Origin: a virus
Taxonomy: Duplodnaviria > Heunggongvirae > Uroviricota > Caudoviricetes
Direction: 5' to 3' (one strand)
Virus record (IMG/VR): IMGVR_UViG_2690315922_000021
Location: 1 to 10,510 of that record
Length of the DNA stretch: 10,510 nt
The position numbers and the translations under genes were made by a program. Positions 1-8,107 of this stretch are shown here, in pieces. Positions within the stretch are counted from its first letter, which is position 1. Every line of letters begins with the position of its first letter. The notes below the pieces were generated by a model. That model saw nothing but the letters and a program-made list of their open reading frames with translations, was not told the origin of the DNA and did no database searches.

Positions 1-600
1 ATGCAAATTGGCTATATTCGTGTGTCAACAAATGACCAGAACACGGATTTACAACGCAATGCACTGAACTGCGCAGGATGTGAACTGATTTTTGAAGATA
101 AAATCAGCGGAACGAAATCAGCCAGACCGGGATTGAAAAAACTGCTCAGAACGCTATCAGAAGGAGATACGCTGGTTGTCTGGAAGCTGGACAGACTGGG
201 CAGAAGTATGAAACACCTGATCACGCTTATTGAGGAATTGCGGGAAAAAGGTGTTAATTTCCGTAGTCTGACGGACAGCATTGACACATCAACACCCATG
301 GGGCGTTTCTTTTTTCACGTCATGGGGGCTTTAGCCGAAATGGAACGTGAATTAATTGTAGAGCGTACACTGGCCGGGCTGGCAGCAGCACGCGCACAAG
401 GACGCATTGGCGGACGTCGCCCGAAGTTGACAAAAGAACAACACGAGCAAATAGCGAGGCTGATTAAAAACGGTCATGACAGGAAACAACTGGCGATCAT
501 TTACGACATCGGCATATCGACGATTTATCGTTATCACCCTGTAGGCGATATACAGGCTGAAGAAACAACCAGGCAGACTCAGGAAAATGAAAACCGCTAA
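1..600 (+). CDS. Serine-recombinase DNA invertase (Gin/Hin/Pin/Cin family)
   Basis: 199-aa ORF starting at the ATG at position 1. N-terminal catalytic block GYIRVSTNDQ (Ser9), conserved LVVWKLDRLGRS and SLTDSIDTS...GRFFFHVMGALAEMERELI blocks, C-terminal HTH region (GRRPKLT...LAIIYDIGISTIYRY). Length and motif order match Mu Gin / Salmonella Hin as recalled from memory. Confidence 0.93.
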   Translation: MQIGYIRVSTNDQNTDLQRNALNCAGCELIFEDKISGTKSARPGLKKLLRTLSEGDTLVVWKLDRLGRSMKHLITLIEELREKGVNFRSLTDSIDTSTPMGRFFFHVMGALAEMERELIVERTLAGLAAARAQGRIGGRRPKLTKEQHEQIARLIKNGHDRKQLAIIYDIGISTIYRYHPVGDIQAEETTRQTQENENR

Positions 601-619
601 TCTGACCATTAGCGGTTTT
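590..619. terminator. Bidirectional intrinsic terminator between convergent invertase and gpU genes
   Basis: Perfect 12-bp inverted repeat AAAACCGCTAAT (590-601) / ATTAGCGGTTTT (608-619) with a 6-nt loop. A-run on one side and T-run on the other give a U-tail on either strand. It overlaps the invertase stop (598-600) and lies just past the gpU stop (627-629). Confidence 0.6.
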
Positions 620-626
620 GCGTTAA

Positions 627-1121
627 TCAAAACAGCCCTTTAACGGAGCTGGCCGCGCTGTTAAGGGATGATGTGACCTTGTCTTTGAAGCCGGACAGCA
701 TATCACTGAACGATGAGGATTGCAGGCGCTCCCGCAAATCCTCATCACAGCGTTCAAGAGTCAGTGAAAATTCTATCTTTTTCGCCTTACCGTAGCGATC
801 AAACTCGGAGCGGGTCGTATTCGTTCCGGTCAGGACATACATGCCGTAAATCTGCCCGACACCATCAATCAGAGGCCAGGGGCGTCCTGTATATGCCTGC
901 GTGGTCAGCAACGAAAGCGACACTTCGCCACCTGTAATTTCAGGATAAAGCACGCCGGAAAGCACGATGCGATCATCACCTGCACCGATATACTGCCAGC
1001 TTGCTGAACGGTTAACACGTTCATTTTTCACATGCCGCCAGCTTTTGTTTTGCTGTAACTGCTGATGCGGCAGTGTGCGCAGCTCAAAAACAAACATGCC
1101 GTAGATCATCATCATGACCAT
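627..1121 (-). CDS. U: Phage tail protein gpU (P2 GpU family)
   Basis: 164-aa ORF directly downstream of the tape-measure stop, with GAGGAG Shine-Dalgarno upstream. Sequence (MMMIYGMFVFELRT...KSWRHV...SASWQYIG...LYPEITGG...WPLIDG) resembles P2 gpU as recalled. The true start may be the second or third ATG (1115 or 1112). Confidence 0.85.
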   Translation of the reverse strand: MVMMMIYGMFVFELRTLPHQQLQQNKSWRHVKNERVNRSASWQYIGAGDDRIVLSGVLYPEITGGEVSLSLLTTQAYTGRPWPLIDGVGQIYGMYVLTGTNTTRSEFDRYGKAKKIEFSLTLERCDEDLRERLQSSSFSDMLSGFKDKVTSSLNSAASSVKGLF

Positions 1122-1127
1122 GACTCC

Positions 1128-3944
1128 TCAATCTTTATCGTAAAAACTGCCACGTCCGGCACGGGCGCGCCGTTCCATCTCTGCCCTGACCATTTCACCG
1201 ACCAGTTTCGCCAGTTCGCGGGGATTCTGCGTAACAACGTTATGCAGATGAACATGAATTTCACCGCCAAATCCGGAGGCAACAGGCTCCCGGTTACGGG
1301 AAGTTACAGGAACTGATGCCACTGGAGATCGTATGGCCTCCGCCACCGGGCGGGAGCTGGCCGCAACAACAGGGACCAGCGCCGGAGGCAGCGGAGCCGG
1401 GACCACGGGTGTGATATTAATTGCGGGGGCAGGCTTACTGACCTGCGCAATCTTCCGCTCCTGCCACTCCCCACGAACAGCAAGTGCGCGGGGCAGGTTC
1501 TTAAAGACAATATCGCCGGGGCCAATGCGTTTTTTCGTCTCATCAACCAGCTTACCTGTGTTATCAGCAATTTTGCTGAGTCTGCGTAGCGTCCCGGTAT
1601 TGCTGTCTGTGAGCGGTTTGTTGTCTTTGGGTTTATCACCTCCGGTGCCATTGCCATTTTCCACAGGCTTCGGCGGATTGATTTTCGCAAGGTCCCCCTG
1701 AAGCAAGGCAACCTTGTCCTGAAGAATGGCCGCACGCTGTGCGTCTTCGATTTTCTTGCGCGCCCTTTCCGCTTCATCCGGAAGGACGCCAAGTTTTTCA
1801 AGTATCCACGCCAGCGTATCCAGTAGCATTTTTGCAGGTGTCAGAACAAGCTGTAACGCACCGCCAAGAACGTTACCGAATATCTCGCCAGCACTGGTAC
1901 ATTTATCCAGCGTTTCCTTGCTGGACTCCATCGGTGACAGCAGCGATTTAAACCAGTTAAACACCTGGCTGATCCCGCTTCCGATTGCGTCAAAAACAGG
2001 ACCAAACCGTTCAAAGGTTTCGCGCAACGGGGTCAGCCTTTCCATAATCCCGCTGAACACCCCGGCAAAAAATGCCCTGATGGGATCCCAGTATTTCCAG
2101 ATAAGAACGGCAGCTCCGGCAAGCGCAGCCACGATAAGACCAACCGGACTGAACAGCGCCCCGATAGCGCCTCCCAGTAAAGAAACGGAACCCGTCACCA
2201 TTCCCCACAGCGCAGGCAACACCCTGACGACATTCATTGACCGGGTAAGAATGTCAAAACCAAGACGCAGGGTGGCCAGCTTCCCGTAAAGCACCCCAAT
2301 AACCAGCGACAACGAGCCAATCGTTGCAGTCATTGCCAGCAACGCACCGCCTGCTATCAGTAGCTGGCGCGTCAGTACCGGATGGGCCTGCGCCAGCGAG
2401 GTGATTTTTTCAAGCACCCGCGTGAACCACTGCGTGACAGAACGCAGCGGACCGTCAACCAGATCACTGATGCGAATACGAAGACCTTCCCATGCGCTGT
2501 CGAGATTTTTCAGGTCCCCATCAAGATTATCGGCCATTACTTTTGCGACGCGATCGGCCTCTCCCCTTGCCCCCTGCAATTCTCTGGTCAGTTTTTGCAG
2601 CTCTCCTGAACCAGCCGCCGCAACAAGCGTCTGCAAACCAACGAACGCCTCTTCTCCGGCGATGTCCTTGAAGAAGGATACCTGGTCCACCTGTCCGTAT
2701 TTTTGTGTCGCCTTATAGAGATCAAGCAGCACATCCTCCATCGGGCGCATTTTGCCTCTGGCGTCAGCAACTGACACCCCAAGCTCTTTCAGAGCATCAG
2801 CCGCAGCTTTTGGCGGTGATGCAAGGCGGGACAGACTTGCGCGCATGGCCGTACCAGCATCGCTTCCGCGAAGACCATTATTGGCAAGCATCCCGGCCAT
2901 GGCCGCCGCTTCTTCAAGACTGATACCAAGTTTTGCGGCAACCGGACCGGTATACTTCATGGTTTCGCCCAGCGCGCGTAAATCAGTATTGGTCCGGGTG
3001 AATGCTGCTGTCAGCGTATCGCCAACCCGGTCCATTTGATCGGCTGTCAGATTGAACTGTGTGAGGATATTGGAGCCTATATCAGCCGTCTCGCCGAGTT
3101 CGACGCCACCTGCCAGCGCCATATTAAGAACACCGGGCAATGCGGCCTGAATGGCCTGCGGAGTAAAACCAGCCATTGCCAGAAAGCTCTGCCCGCTGGC
3201 GGCATCACTCGCAGTAAACTGTGTTTCAGAGCCAAGTTTTAACGCCTGCTCACGCAGCGCCTTAAACTGCGGGCTGTTTTTGTCGATTCGCGTCAGTGCC
3301 TGAACGCGGGACATCTCTTTGCCGAACCCGATCGCAGGCTGCAAAAAACGCCCGGCAGCATAGCCGCCCGCCGCTGCCGCACCAATTGCCAGCGCACCAC
3401 CTGTTTTCAGTTTCCCCGCGGTTTCCTGCGCGCGCGAATACCGCTCACGCGCCCGCGTTACACGCGCAAGCGCCTGCCGTTCGCGTTCAAGCTGGTTGTT
3501 GTACTGTTCGGTGCGTCTGATGGCCTGCTGGATGGTGTTATCGCTGCCTGTCAGGGAAATGCCGTGTCGTTTCAGTTCTCCGCCAAGTTCCCGCATTTTC
3601 TGAATTTCCCGTGTGCGCGATTCATTCAGGCGTTCAAGCCGGGTGCTTAACTGCTGCATCAGCTTTTGTTGTTTTTCGCTGAGCACTGTACCCGTGCGTT
3701 GTAACTGATTAAGGGCGTTAAGCTGGCGTCGTGCTTTCACGATGCCCGCATCCGCTTTACTGACAGCGTCACGGGCGCGCTCAAATGAACGCGCCTGACG
3801 CTCGAGATTTTTGATCGCCCCCTGCGTTCGCTGGATGGAGTCACCAAACTGCCCCATCAGGCGGCGGGCGTTTTCGGCAGGCCGGGTCAGCCTGTCAACG
3901 GCGCTGAAAGCGACCCGGATATCAAGAGTCTTCATTGTCTGCAT
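1128..3944 (-). CDS. T: Phage tail tape measure protein (gpT)
   Basis: Roughly 940-aa ORF immediately downstream of the chaperone E/E' pair and upstream of gpU. Coiled-coil-prone N-terminal region, a central Gly/Ala-rich hydrophobic segment and a C-terminal region, typical of tape measure proteins. The track ORF begins at a GTG at 3971; ATG at 3944 or 3935 is more likely, so the start is uncertain by about 30 nt. Confidence 0.9.
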   Translation of the reverse strand: MQTMKTLDIRVAFSAVDRLTRPAENARRLMGQFGDSIQRTQGAIKNLERQARSFERARDAVSKADAGIVKARRQLNALNQLQRTGTVLSEKQQKLMQQLSTRLERLNESRTREIQKMRELGGELKRHGISLTGSDNTIQQAIRRTEQYNNQLERERQALARVTRARERYSRAQETAGKLKTGGALAIGAAAAGGYAAGRFLQPAIGFGKEMSRVQALTRIDKNSPQFKALREQALKLGSETQFTASDAASGQSFLAMAGFTPQAIQAALPGVLNMALAGGVELGETADIGSNILTQFNLTADQMDRVGDTLTAAFTRTNTDLRALGETMKYTGPVAAKLGISLEEAAAMAGMLANNGLRGSDAGTAMRASLSRLASPPKAAADALKELGVSVADARGKMRPMEDVLLDLYKATQKYGQVDQVSFFKDIAGEEAFVGLQTLVAAAGSGELQKLTRELQGARGEADRVAKVMADNLDGDLKNLDSAWEGLRIRISDLVDGPLRSVTQWFTRVLEKITSLAQAHPVLTRQLLIAGGALLAMTATIGSLSLVIGVLYGKLATLRLGFDILTRSMNVVRVLPALWGMVTGSVSLLGGAIGALFSPVGLIVAALAGAAVLIWKYWDPIRAFFAGVFSGIMERLTPLRETFERFGPVFDAIGSGISQVFNWFKSLLSPMESSKETLDKCTSAGEIFGNVLGGALQLVLTPAKMLLDTLAWILEKLGVLPDEAERARKKIEDAQRAAILQDKVALLQGDLAKINPPKPVENGNGTGGDKPKDNKPLTDSNTGTLRRLSKIADNTGKLVDETKKRIGPGDIVFKNLPRALAVRGEWQERKIAQVSKPAPAINITPVVPAPLPPALVPVVAASSRPVAEAIRSPVASVPVTSRNREPVASGFGGEIHVHLHNVVTQNPRELAKLVGEMVRAEMERRARAGRGSFYDKD

Positions 3945-4190
3945 TCCCGCTGCGAAGTGCCGCCCGCTCACGCCAGCTAACCACTTCGCCGGGCGTCATC
4001 ATGAAGATTTCGGCGGGCGACCAGTTAAAAATGGCGGCGATATCTGCCACCAGATCTTCGATGTGCTCAAAGCACACCAGGGTGATTACGCTGCCGTCTC
4101 CTGCACGCTCTTCGCGCCAGAGTCTGGCTCGCTCATAAAATTTACAGCCACAGCGCACAACTGAATAAAATCGCGTGACGACATTTTTTT
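3922..4190 (-). CDS. E': Tail assembly chaperone E' (-1 frameshift extension giving the E+E' fusion)
   Basis: The -1 frame relative to gpE is closed by a TAA immediately upstream of the A7 run (4184-4190 on the minus strand) and then stays open to a stop at 3922-3924, overlapping the tape measure start. This is the conserved chaperone frameshift arrangement (lambda G/GT, P2 E/E'). Confidence 0.7.
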
Positions 4191-4460
4191 AATCATCACT
4201 TCATCCAGTCGTGGCGAGGTCACGCGAGGCAACAGCGTGAACATGGTATCCGCTTTCAGATTCAGCACATCAGACAGCGACAGACCACGCAGGGATCCAG
4301 CCTGTTCAATAGCCCCGGTGATCTCCACATACGTGATTTTTTCGCCACCACGCTCAATTGGTCGGGTCAGTTTTACGCCACGTTCGACAGCCATATCCTC
4401 ACCTGCCGTCACATCATCCGCCACGGTGTTATTCCGGGTTTCAGTATCGATGTCTTTCAT
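4086..4460 (-). CDS. E: Tail assembly chaperone gpE
   Basis: 124-aa ORF between the tail tube and tape measure genes. Strong Shine-Dalgarno AAGGAGA 6 nt upstream of the ATG at 4460. Contains an A7 slippery run 33 codons before its stop. Confidence 0.85.
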   Translation of the reverse strand: MKDIDTETRNNTVADDVTAGEDMAVERGVKLTRPIERGGEKITYVEITGAIEQAGSLRGLSLSDVLNLKADTMFTLLPRVTSPRLDEVMIKKMSSRDFIQLCAVAVNFMSEPDSGAKSVQETAA

Positions 4461-4515
4461 CAGTTGTCTCCTTTTCAGTCAGAGGCGACGCACTGCGCCG
4501 CCTGCATATTACTTA

Positions 4516-5028
4516 TCAGCCAAGCCCAAGCGCGGAACGGATACGGTCAGGCACAATGTCCTTGCCGTCCTTCCGGTAGATGTGGTTCAACAGGTCGATT
4601 TCCCACAGCGGGCGATCGTTAACGCTCAGCTTGTAGTAGGTGTTTTTGACAGCGTAAGTGTGTGATGTGGCTTCGCCCTGTTTGGCTTCCCCCATATCAA
4701 TTTCCGTCACACGCCCGCGCATCTCGATTTCATACAGATCGCTTTCTGCATCGGTGTAGTATTCACCCGCAAAACGCAGCAGCGTGCCGTCAATCGTGCC
4801 GCCATATTTAAGGAACAGCGCACGAACAGCTCCCCCCATGACAAAACTCGCATCAAGCGCGGAGTCGTCCAGACCGAGATCAATACTTACCGCCCCCATC
4901 ATGCCACCACCACGATAGCTGTCGGTTTTGCGCGTCAGTTTGGGCGGCGTGACGGATGTCACTTTGCCCACTTCGTTTTCACCATCCACAAACAACGTAA
5001 AAAAGCGAAGATGTTTTGGTACAGCCAT
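4516..5028 (-). CDS. FII: Phage tail tube protein (gpFII)
   Basis: 170-aa ORF whose ATG overlaps the sheath stop codon (ATGA-type overlap at 5026-5030), indicating translational coupling. Size and position match P2 FII. Confidence 0.9.
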   Translation of the reverse strand: MAVPKHLRFFTLFVDGENEVGKVTSVTPPKLTRKTDSYRGGGMMGAVSIDLGLDDSALDASFVMGGAVRALFLKYGGTIDGTLLRFAGEYYTDAESDLYEIEMRGRVTEIDMGEAKQGEATSHTYAVKNTYYKLSVNDRPLWEIDLLNHIYRKDGKDIVPDRIRSALGLG

Positions 5029-6212
5029 CAGGCACCTCCCAGCACCGCAAATGCGGGACCAAAGAATTCATCAGTAAACGTCTGGTAAAGCTCCATGTCT
5101 TCCAGCGGGGGAACAGGCGTATATTTGTAGCGAATACGCACACGTCCCTGACGTAAATTCGTGGTGCCGTTATCCACCACGTCATACCAGCACTCCGCAC
5201 CAATCAGTTTCCCGGCAGTAACCAGCGAATCCAGTTTTGCCCTGATGGCACTGATAACATCCTTCACATTCGCAGGCGTCAGTGGACTGTCGATGGTTTC
5301 AAACTGCGCTTCCGCAATTGAATCAGCCAGCACCTGTGCGGTTCGGGTATACACCTCAAAGATGTAGGCGTTCGTTTCCGGTGTGCGGTTGCCCCAGAAG
5401 CGGAACCCGTTGCGACGAATAATGGTCGTGATTTCTTTGTTGTTGAGGCTGTTGGCATCGCTGTCTTCGGCCTGCAACGACCAGAACACATGCCTGGACA
5501 TTCCCAGCACATTTTTAACCGGAACGTTGGACAATGATTTGTGCCAGCCCTGCTCATGGTCAATGTACGCACGAAGGCCGCACGCATAGGCAGGCGCGGG
5601 GAACGTTTCGTTTTTGCCACTTTTCGGGTTGTAGGCGATGAAGTCCGGCCATAAGAGCATCACCTCACGTTCGTTGAATTTCTGGCGATAGGTAATCGCC
5701 TCAGCCATCGTGTTACAGCCGTGACATGAGGCATACACAAACGCGCGCAGTTTACCTGCAATCACGCACAGGGATTTTGTTACAGCCTCCGTGTCCAGCT
5801 CCGGCGCGGCCAAAATACGCGGACGGTATCCGATGCTTTCATCCTGCTCTGCAACAAGCAGCGCATACATCCCCGTATAGCTGCCGTCATCCTCAGAACC
5901 ACCGATAACCAGTTGATCCTGCGTCTTTCCGTCTTCTTCTTTGTGTTCAGCCACGCGAACGACGATCACCTTTGTGCTCACCTGGTCTGAGATGGCCTTA
6001 AGCGCACGATAAAGCGTCCCCGTTGTTCCGCATTTTCCCAGCACGTCATTGACGCGGGTCAGCAGTGTGGGCTTGTTCAGCGGGAACAGCTTCGCGTCCG
6101 CATCATCCGCCGTTGCCACGATACCGATAACGCTGGAATCAACATCGTTAATCGCTGTTACCAGGTCGGTATTTTCCGTAACACGGGCACCATGAAAACG
6201 AGTTTCACTCAT
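5028..6212 (-). CDS. FI: Phage contractile tail sheath protein (gpFI)
   Basis: 394-aa ORF with blocks resembling P2 FI as recalled (LRAFVYASCHGCNT, LLWPDF, GLRAYIDHEQGWHKSLSNV, IRRNGFRFWGNRT, YTRTAQVLADSIAEA, YKYTPVPPLE). Confidence 0.95.
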   Translation of the reverse strand: MSETRFHGARVTENTDLVTAINDVDSSVIGIVATADDADAKLFPLNKPTLLTRVNDVLGKCGTTGTLYRALKAISDQVSTKVIVVRVAEHKEEDGKTQDQLVIGGSEDDGSYTGMYALLVAEQDESIGYRPRILAAPELDTEAVTKSLCVIAGKLRAFVYASCHGCNTMAEAITYRQKFNEREVMLLWPDFIAYNPKSGKNETFPAPAYACGLRAYIDHEQGWHKSLSNVPVKNVLGMSRHVFWSLQAEDSDANSLNNKEITTIIRRNGFRFWGNRTPETNAYIFEVYTRTAQVLADSIAEAQFETIDSPLTPANVKDVISAIRAKLDSLVTAGKLIGAECWYDVVDNGTTNLRQGRVRIRYKYTPVPPLEDMELYQTFTDEFFGPAFAVLGGA

Positions 6213-6369
6213 AGCTTCAGCCCCTTGTATCCGTTAAATGATTCGGCAACAATCATCACCCACCACGCGCGTAATCTCACCCCTGCGCCGTTCTCCCGAC
6301 CCGGCGACAACAAAAAGCAGTAACCTCCTCCGCACGCACATGCGACCATGCCGCACAGGGAGGGAACAG

Positions 6370-7479
6370 ATGACCGACACCACCATGCAATTGCTCAGTC
6401 AGGGCACAGACCCCGTGAAAATGCCGGATTTTGATATTCTCGCGGAGGGTAAAACGCTGTCAGGCGTGGCAGAGCGCCTGATGAGCCTGTCACTGACCGA
6501 CAACCGGGGATTTGAGGCGGACCAGCTCACCATCACGCTGGATGATGCGGATGGTCAGTTGCAGCTACCGCCACGGGGCGCGCGCCTGACGGTTCTCATT
6601 GGCTGGAAAGGAGAACCGCTGACAGAAAAAGGCACTTACATTGTTGATGAAATCGCTCACGAAGGACCGCCGGACAGGCTGACTGTTTCAGCCAGAAGCG
6701 CAGATTTTCGGGATGAATTTAACGTTAAACGTGAGGTGTCCTGGCATGATGTGACCATTGAGCGTGTGGTATCCGCCATCGCTCATCGGTATGGTCTGAA
6801 ACCGCAAATCAGCGAAATGCTGATGGATATCGAAATCGACCACGCCGACCAGACCGAAGAAAGCGACATGTCCTTCCTTACGCGCATGGCGGAAATGCTG
6901 GGCGCAATCACCACGGTAAAAAGCGGTAATCTGTTATTCATTATGCCAGGCGGTGGCGTGAACGCACAGGGCCAGCCGTTGCCATCGTTCGCCATCACGC
7001 GCAGCAGTGGCGATCGCCATCAGTTCCGCATTGCTGACCGCGAAGCGTATACGGGGGTACGCGCTTACTGGCTTGATCTTAATTACGGGAAAAAGAAAAA
7101 AGTCAGCGTGAAACGCCGCAAACCGCCAAAACCCAAAAAGGAGAAAAGCAGCAGCCGTGAAGGTGATTATATGGAAGGCGCGGAAGGCAATGTGTTTGTG
7201 TTACGCAAGACTTATCAGAACGAGCAGGCAGCAAGACGCGCAGCGGCGGCAAAGTGGCAGCAGCTACAACGCGGAGCCGCATCATTCTCCATCACGCTGG
7301 CACGTGGTCGTGCAGAACTCTACCCCGAAATGCATGGCACGGTAACAGGATTTAAAAGCGAGATTGATAATCAGGACTGGATTATTGCAAAAGCCGAGCA
7401 CACCATCGATAACAGCGGCTTTACCACGCAGCTTGAGCTTGAGGCAAAAATCCCGGAATGGATAGCAGAAACAGAGTGA
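6370..7479 (+). CDS. D: Phage late control protein D (gpD, baseplate hub, gp27/VgrG-like)
   Basis: Long ORF. The start is placed at the ATG at 6370, preceded by GGAGGGAA; the track start at 6238 would add an S/P/R/T-rich 44-aa extension and crowd the divergent FI start. Assigned as gpD by size and by position immediately upstream of ogr. Contains a Lys/Arg-rich low-complexity insert. Confidence 0.85.
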   Translation: MTDTTMQLLSQGTDPVKMPDFDILAEGKTLSGVAERLMSLSLTDNRGFEADQLTITLDDADGQLQLPPRGARLTVLIGWKGEPLTEKGTYIVDEIAHEGPPDRLTVSARSADFRDEFNVKREVSWHDVTIERVVSAIAHRYGLKPQISEMLMDIEIDHADQTEESDMSFLTRMAEMLGAITTVKSGNLLFIMPGGGVNAQGQPLPSFAITRSSGDRHQFRIADREAYTGVRAYWLDLNYGKKKKVSVKRRKPPKPKKEKSSSREGDYMEGAEGNVFVLRKTYQNEQAARRAAAAKWQQLQRGAASFSITLARGRAELYPEMHGTVTGFKSEIDNQDWIIAKAEHTIDNSGFTTQLELEAKIPEWIAETE

Positions 7480-7521
7480 GCAACTTAGAATAGCAGCAGC
7501 ACCACGTTAAGGGAGGTCGCT

Positions 7522-7782
7522 ATGTTCCGTTGTCCGCTTTGTGGCGCATCTGCCCGTATCCGCACCAGTCGTCCGGAAAATGATTCAAACACCGTGCGGC
7601 AAAAGTATTACCAGTGTAACAACCTGGAATGCGGCGTATGCTTCTCAACACTGGAAGCTTTCCATAAATTCACATCAAAACACGCCTCCGGCGTTCACTC
7701 TTCAGAAGGTATCCCGTGGCATGAGCTGCCAGCTTCACACAGGGGAAACAATCAGATGAGTTTGCCTTTACCTCAGAATTAA
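7522..7782 (+). CDS. ogr: Ogr/Delta-family zinc-finger late transcription activator
   Basis: 86-aa ORF beginning MFRCPLCGA...TSR with a C-x2-C-x22-C-x4-C arrangement (CPLC ... CNNLEC), matching P2 Ogr (MFHCPLC...). Shine-Dalgarno AAGGGAGG upstream. Position immediately after D as in P2. Confidence 0.88.
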   Translation: MFRCPLCGASARIRTSRPENDSNTVRQKYYQCNNLECGVCFSTLEAFHKFTSKHASGVHSSEGIPWHELPASHRGNNQMSLPLPQN

Positions 7783-7791
7783 CAGGCAGAA

Positions 7792-7820
7792 TTGCCGGAG
7801 TAACAAAAAAGCGATAGATT
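7792..7820 (+). promoter_or_regulatory. Candidate sigma70 promoter for the hok-like transcript
   Basis: TTGCCG (7792-7797), 17-bp spacer, TAGATT (7815-7820), upstream of the mok/hok-like frames. Sequence inspection only. Confidence 0.25.
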
Positions 7821-7870
7821 ACGCGCGGGTGCCTTTCGGCTGATGGTCGGAGGGAATACCCGAAGGCCAG

Positions 7871-8107
7871 ATGTGGAAAGGCCCCGGAAAACATTTCTGT
7901 TTAACCGAGGCCCTAACACTTCTTACCTTCGCAAGTAGAAGGTTAGCGCCTCTCCTCTCAGGAGACAAGCGTTATGACGCAAATTCCGTTAAAAACCCTG
8001 TTACTTTGCATAACTGCGGTAGCGATAATCTGGATCCTCCACACATCACCGTGCGAGTTACGATTCAGGTTTGCTGGCACGGAAATTGCGGCATTCTTAC
8101 TATGTAA
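7871..8107 (+). CDS. mok-like overlapping leader frame (modulator of killing) of the hok-type locus
   Basis: Frame-shifted ORF that starts about 100 nt upstream of the hok-like ORF and ends 7 nt before its stop, the same overlap geometry as mok/hok. AAGG 5 nt upstream of the ATG at 7871. Confidence 0.4.
   Translation: MWKGPGKHFCLTEALTLLTFASRRLAPLLSGDKRYDANSVKNPVTLHNCGSDNLDPPHITVRVTIQVCWHGNCGILTM

Noticed and set aside
590-619. 12-bp perfect inverted repeat considered as a Gin/Hin crossover site
   Set aside because: gix/hix sites are 26 bp with a 2-bp core and the AAAACC/GGTTT blocks facing inward. This repeat has the opposite arrangement with a 6-bp spacer and flanking A/T runs, which fits a bidirectional terminator.
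352-630. 92-aa minus-strand ORF inside the invertase gene
   Set aside because: Entirely antisense to a well-supported, conserved invertase coding sequence, with no ribosome-binding site and no recognisable motifs. Treated as a chance open frame.
1333-2289. Plus-strand ORFs (122 aa, 187 aa, 70 aa) and the minus-strand 165-aa ORF (1304-1801) inside the tape measure gene
   Set aside because: Alternative frames of a long GC-rich gene; the translations are low-complexity (Ser/Arg/Pro/Ala-rich) and lack start signals.
4237-4665. 142-aa plus-strand ORF across gpE and the FII 3' end
   Set aside because: Antisense to two syntenic tail genes and translates to a low-complexity S/R/P-rich sequence.
6238-6369. 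N-terminal extension of gpD from the track start at 6238
   Set aside because: The extension is S/P/R/T-rich and would begin only 26 bp from the divergent FI start, whereas the ATG at 6370 has a GGAGGG Shine-Dalgarno. The shorter start is preferred.
7541-7894. Alternative-frame and antisense ORFs overlapping ogr (7541-7759 plus strand, 7670-7894 minus strand)
   Set aside because: They overlap the conserved Ogr zinc-finger gene in other frames without start signals or recognisable motifs.
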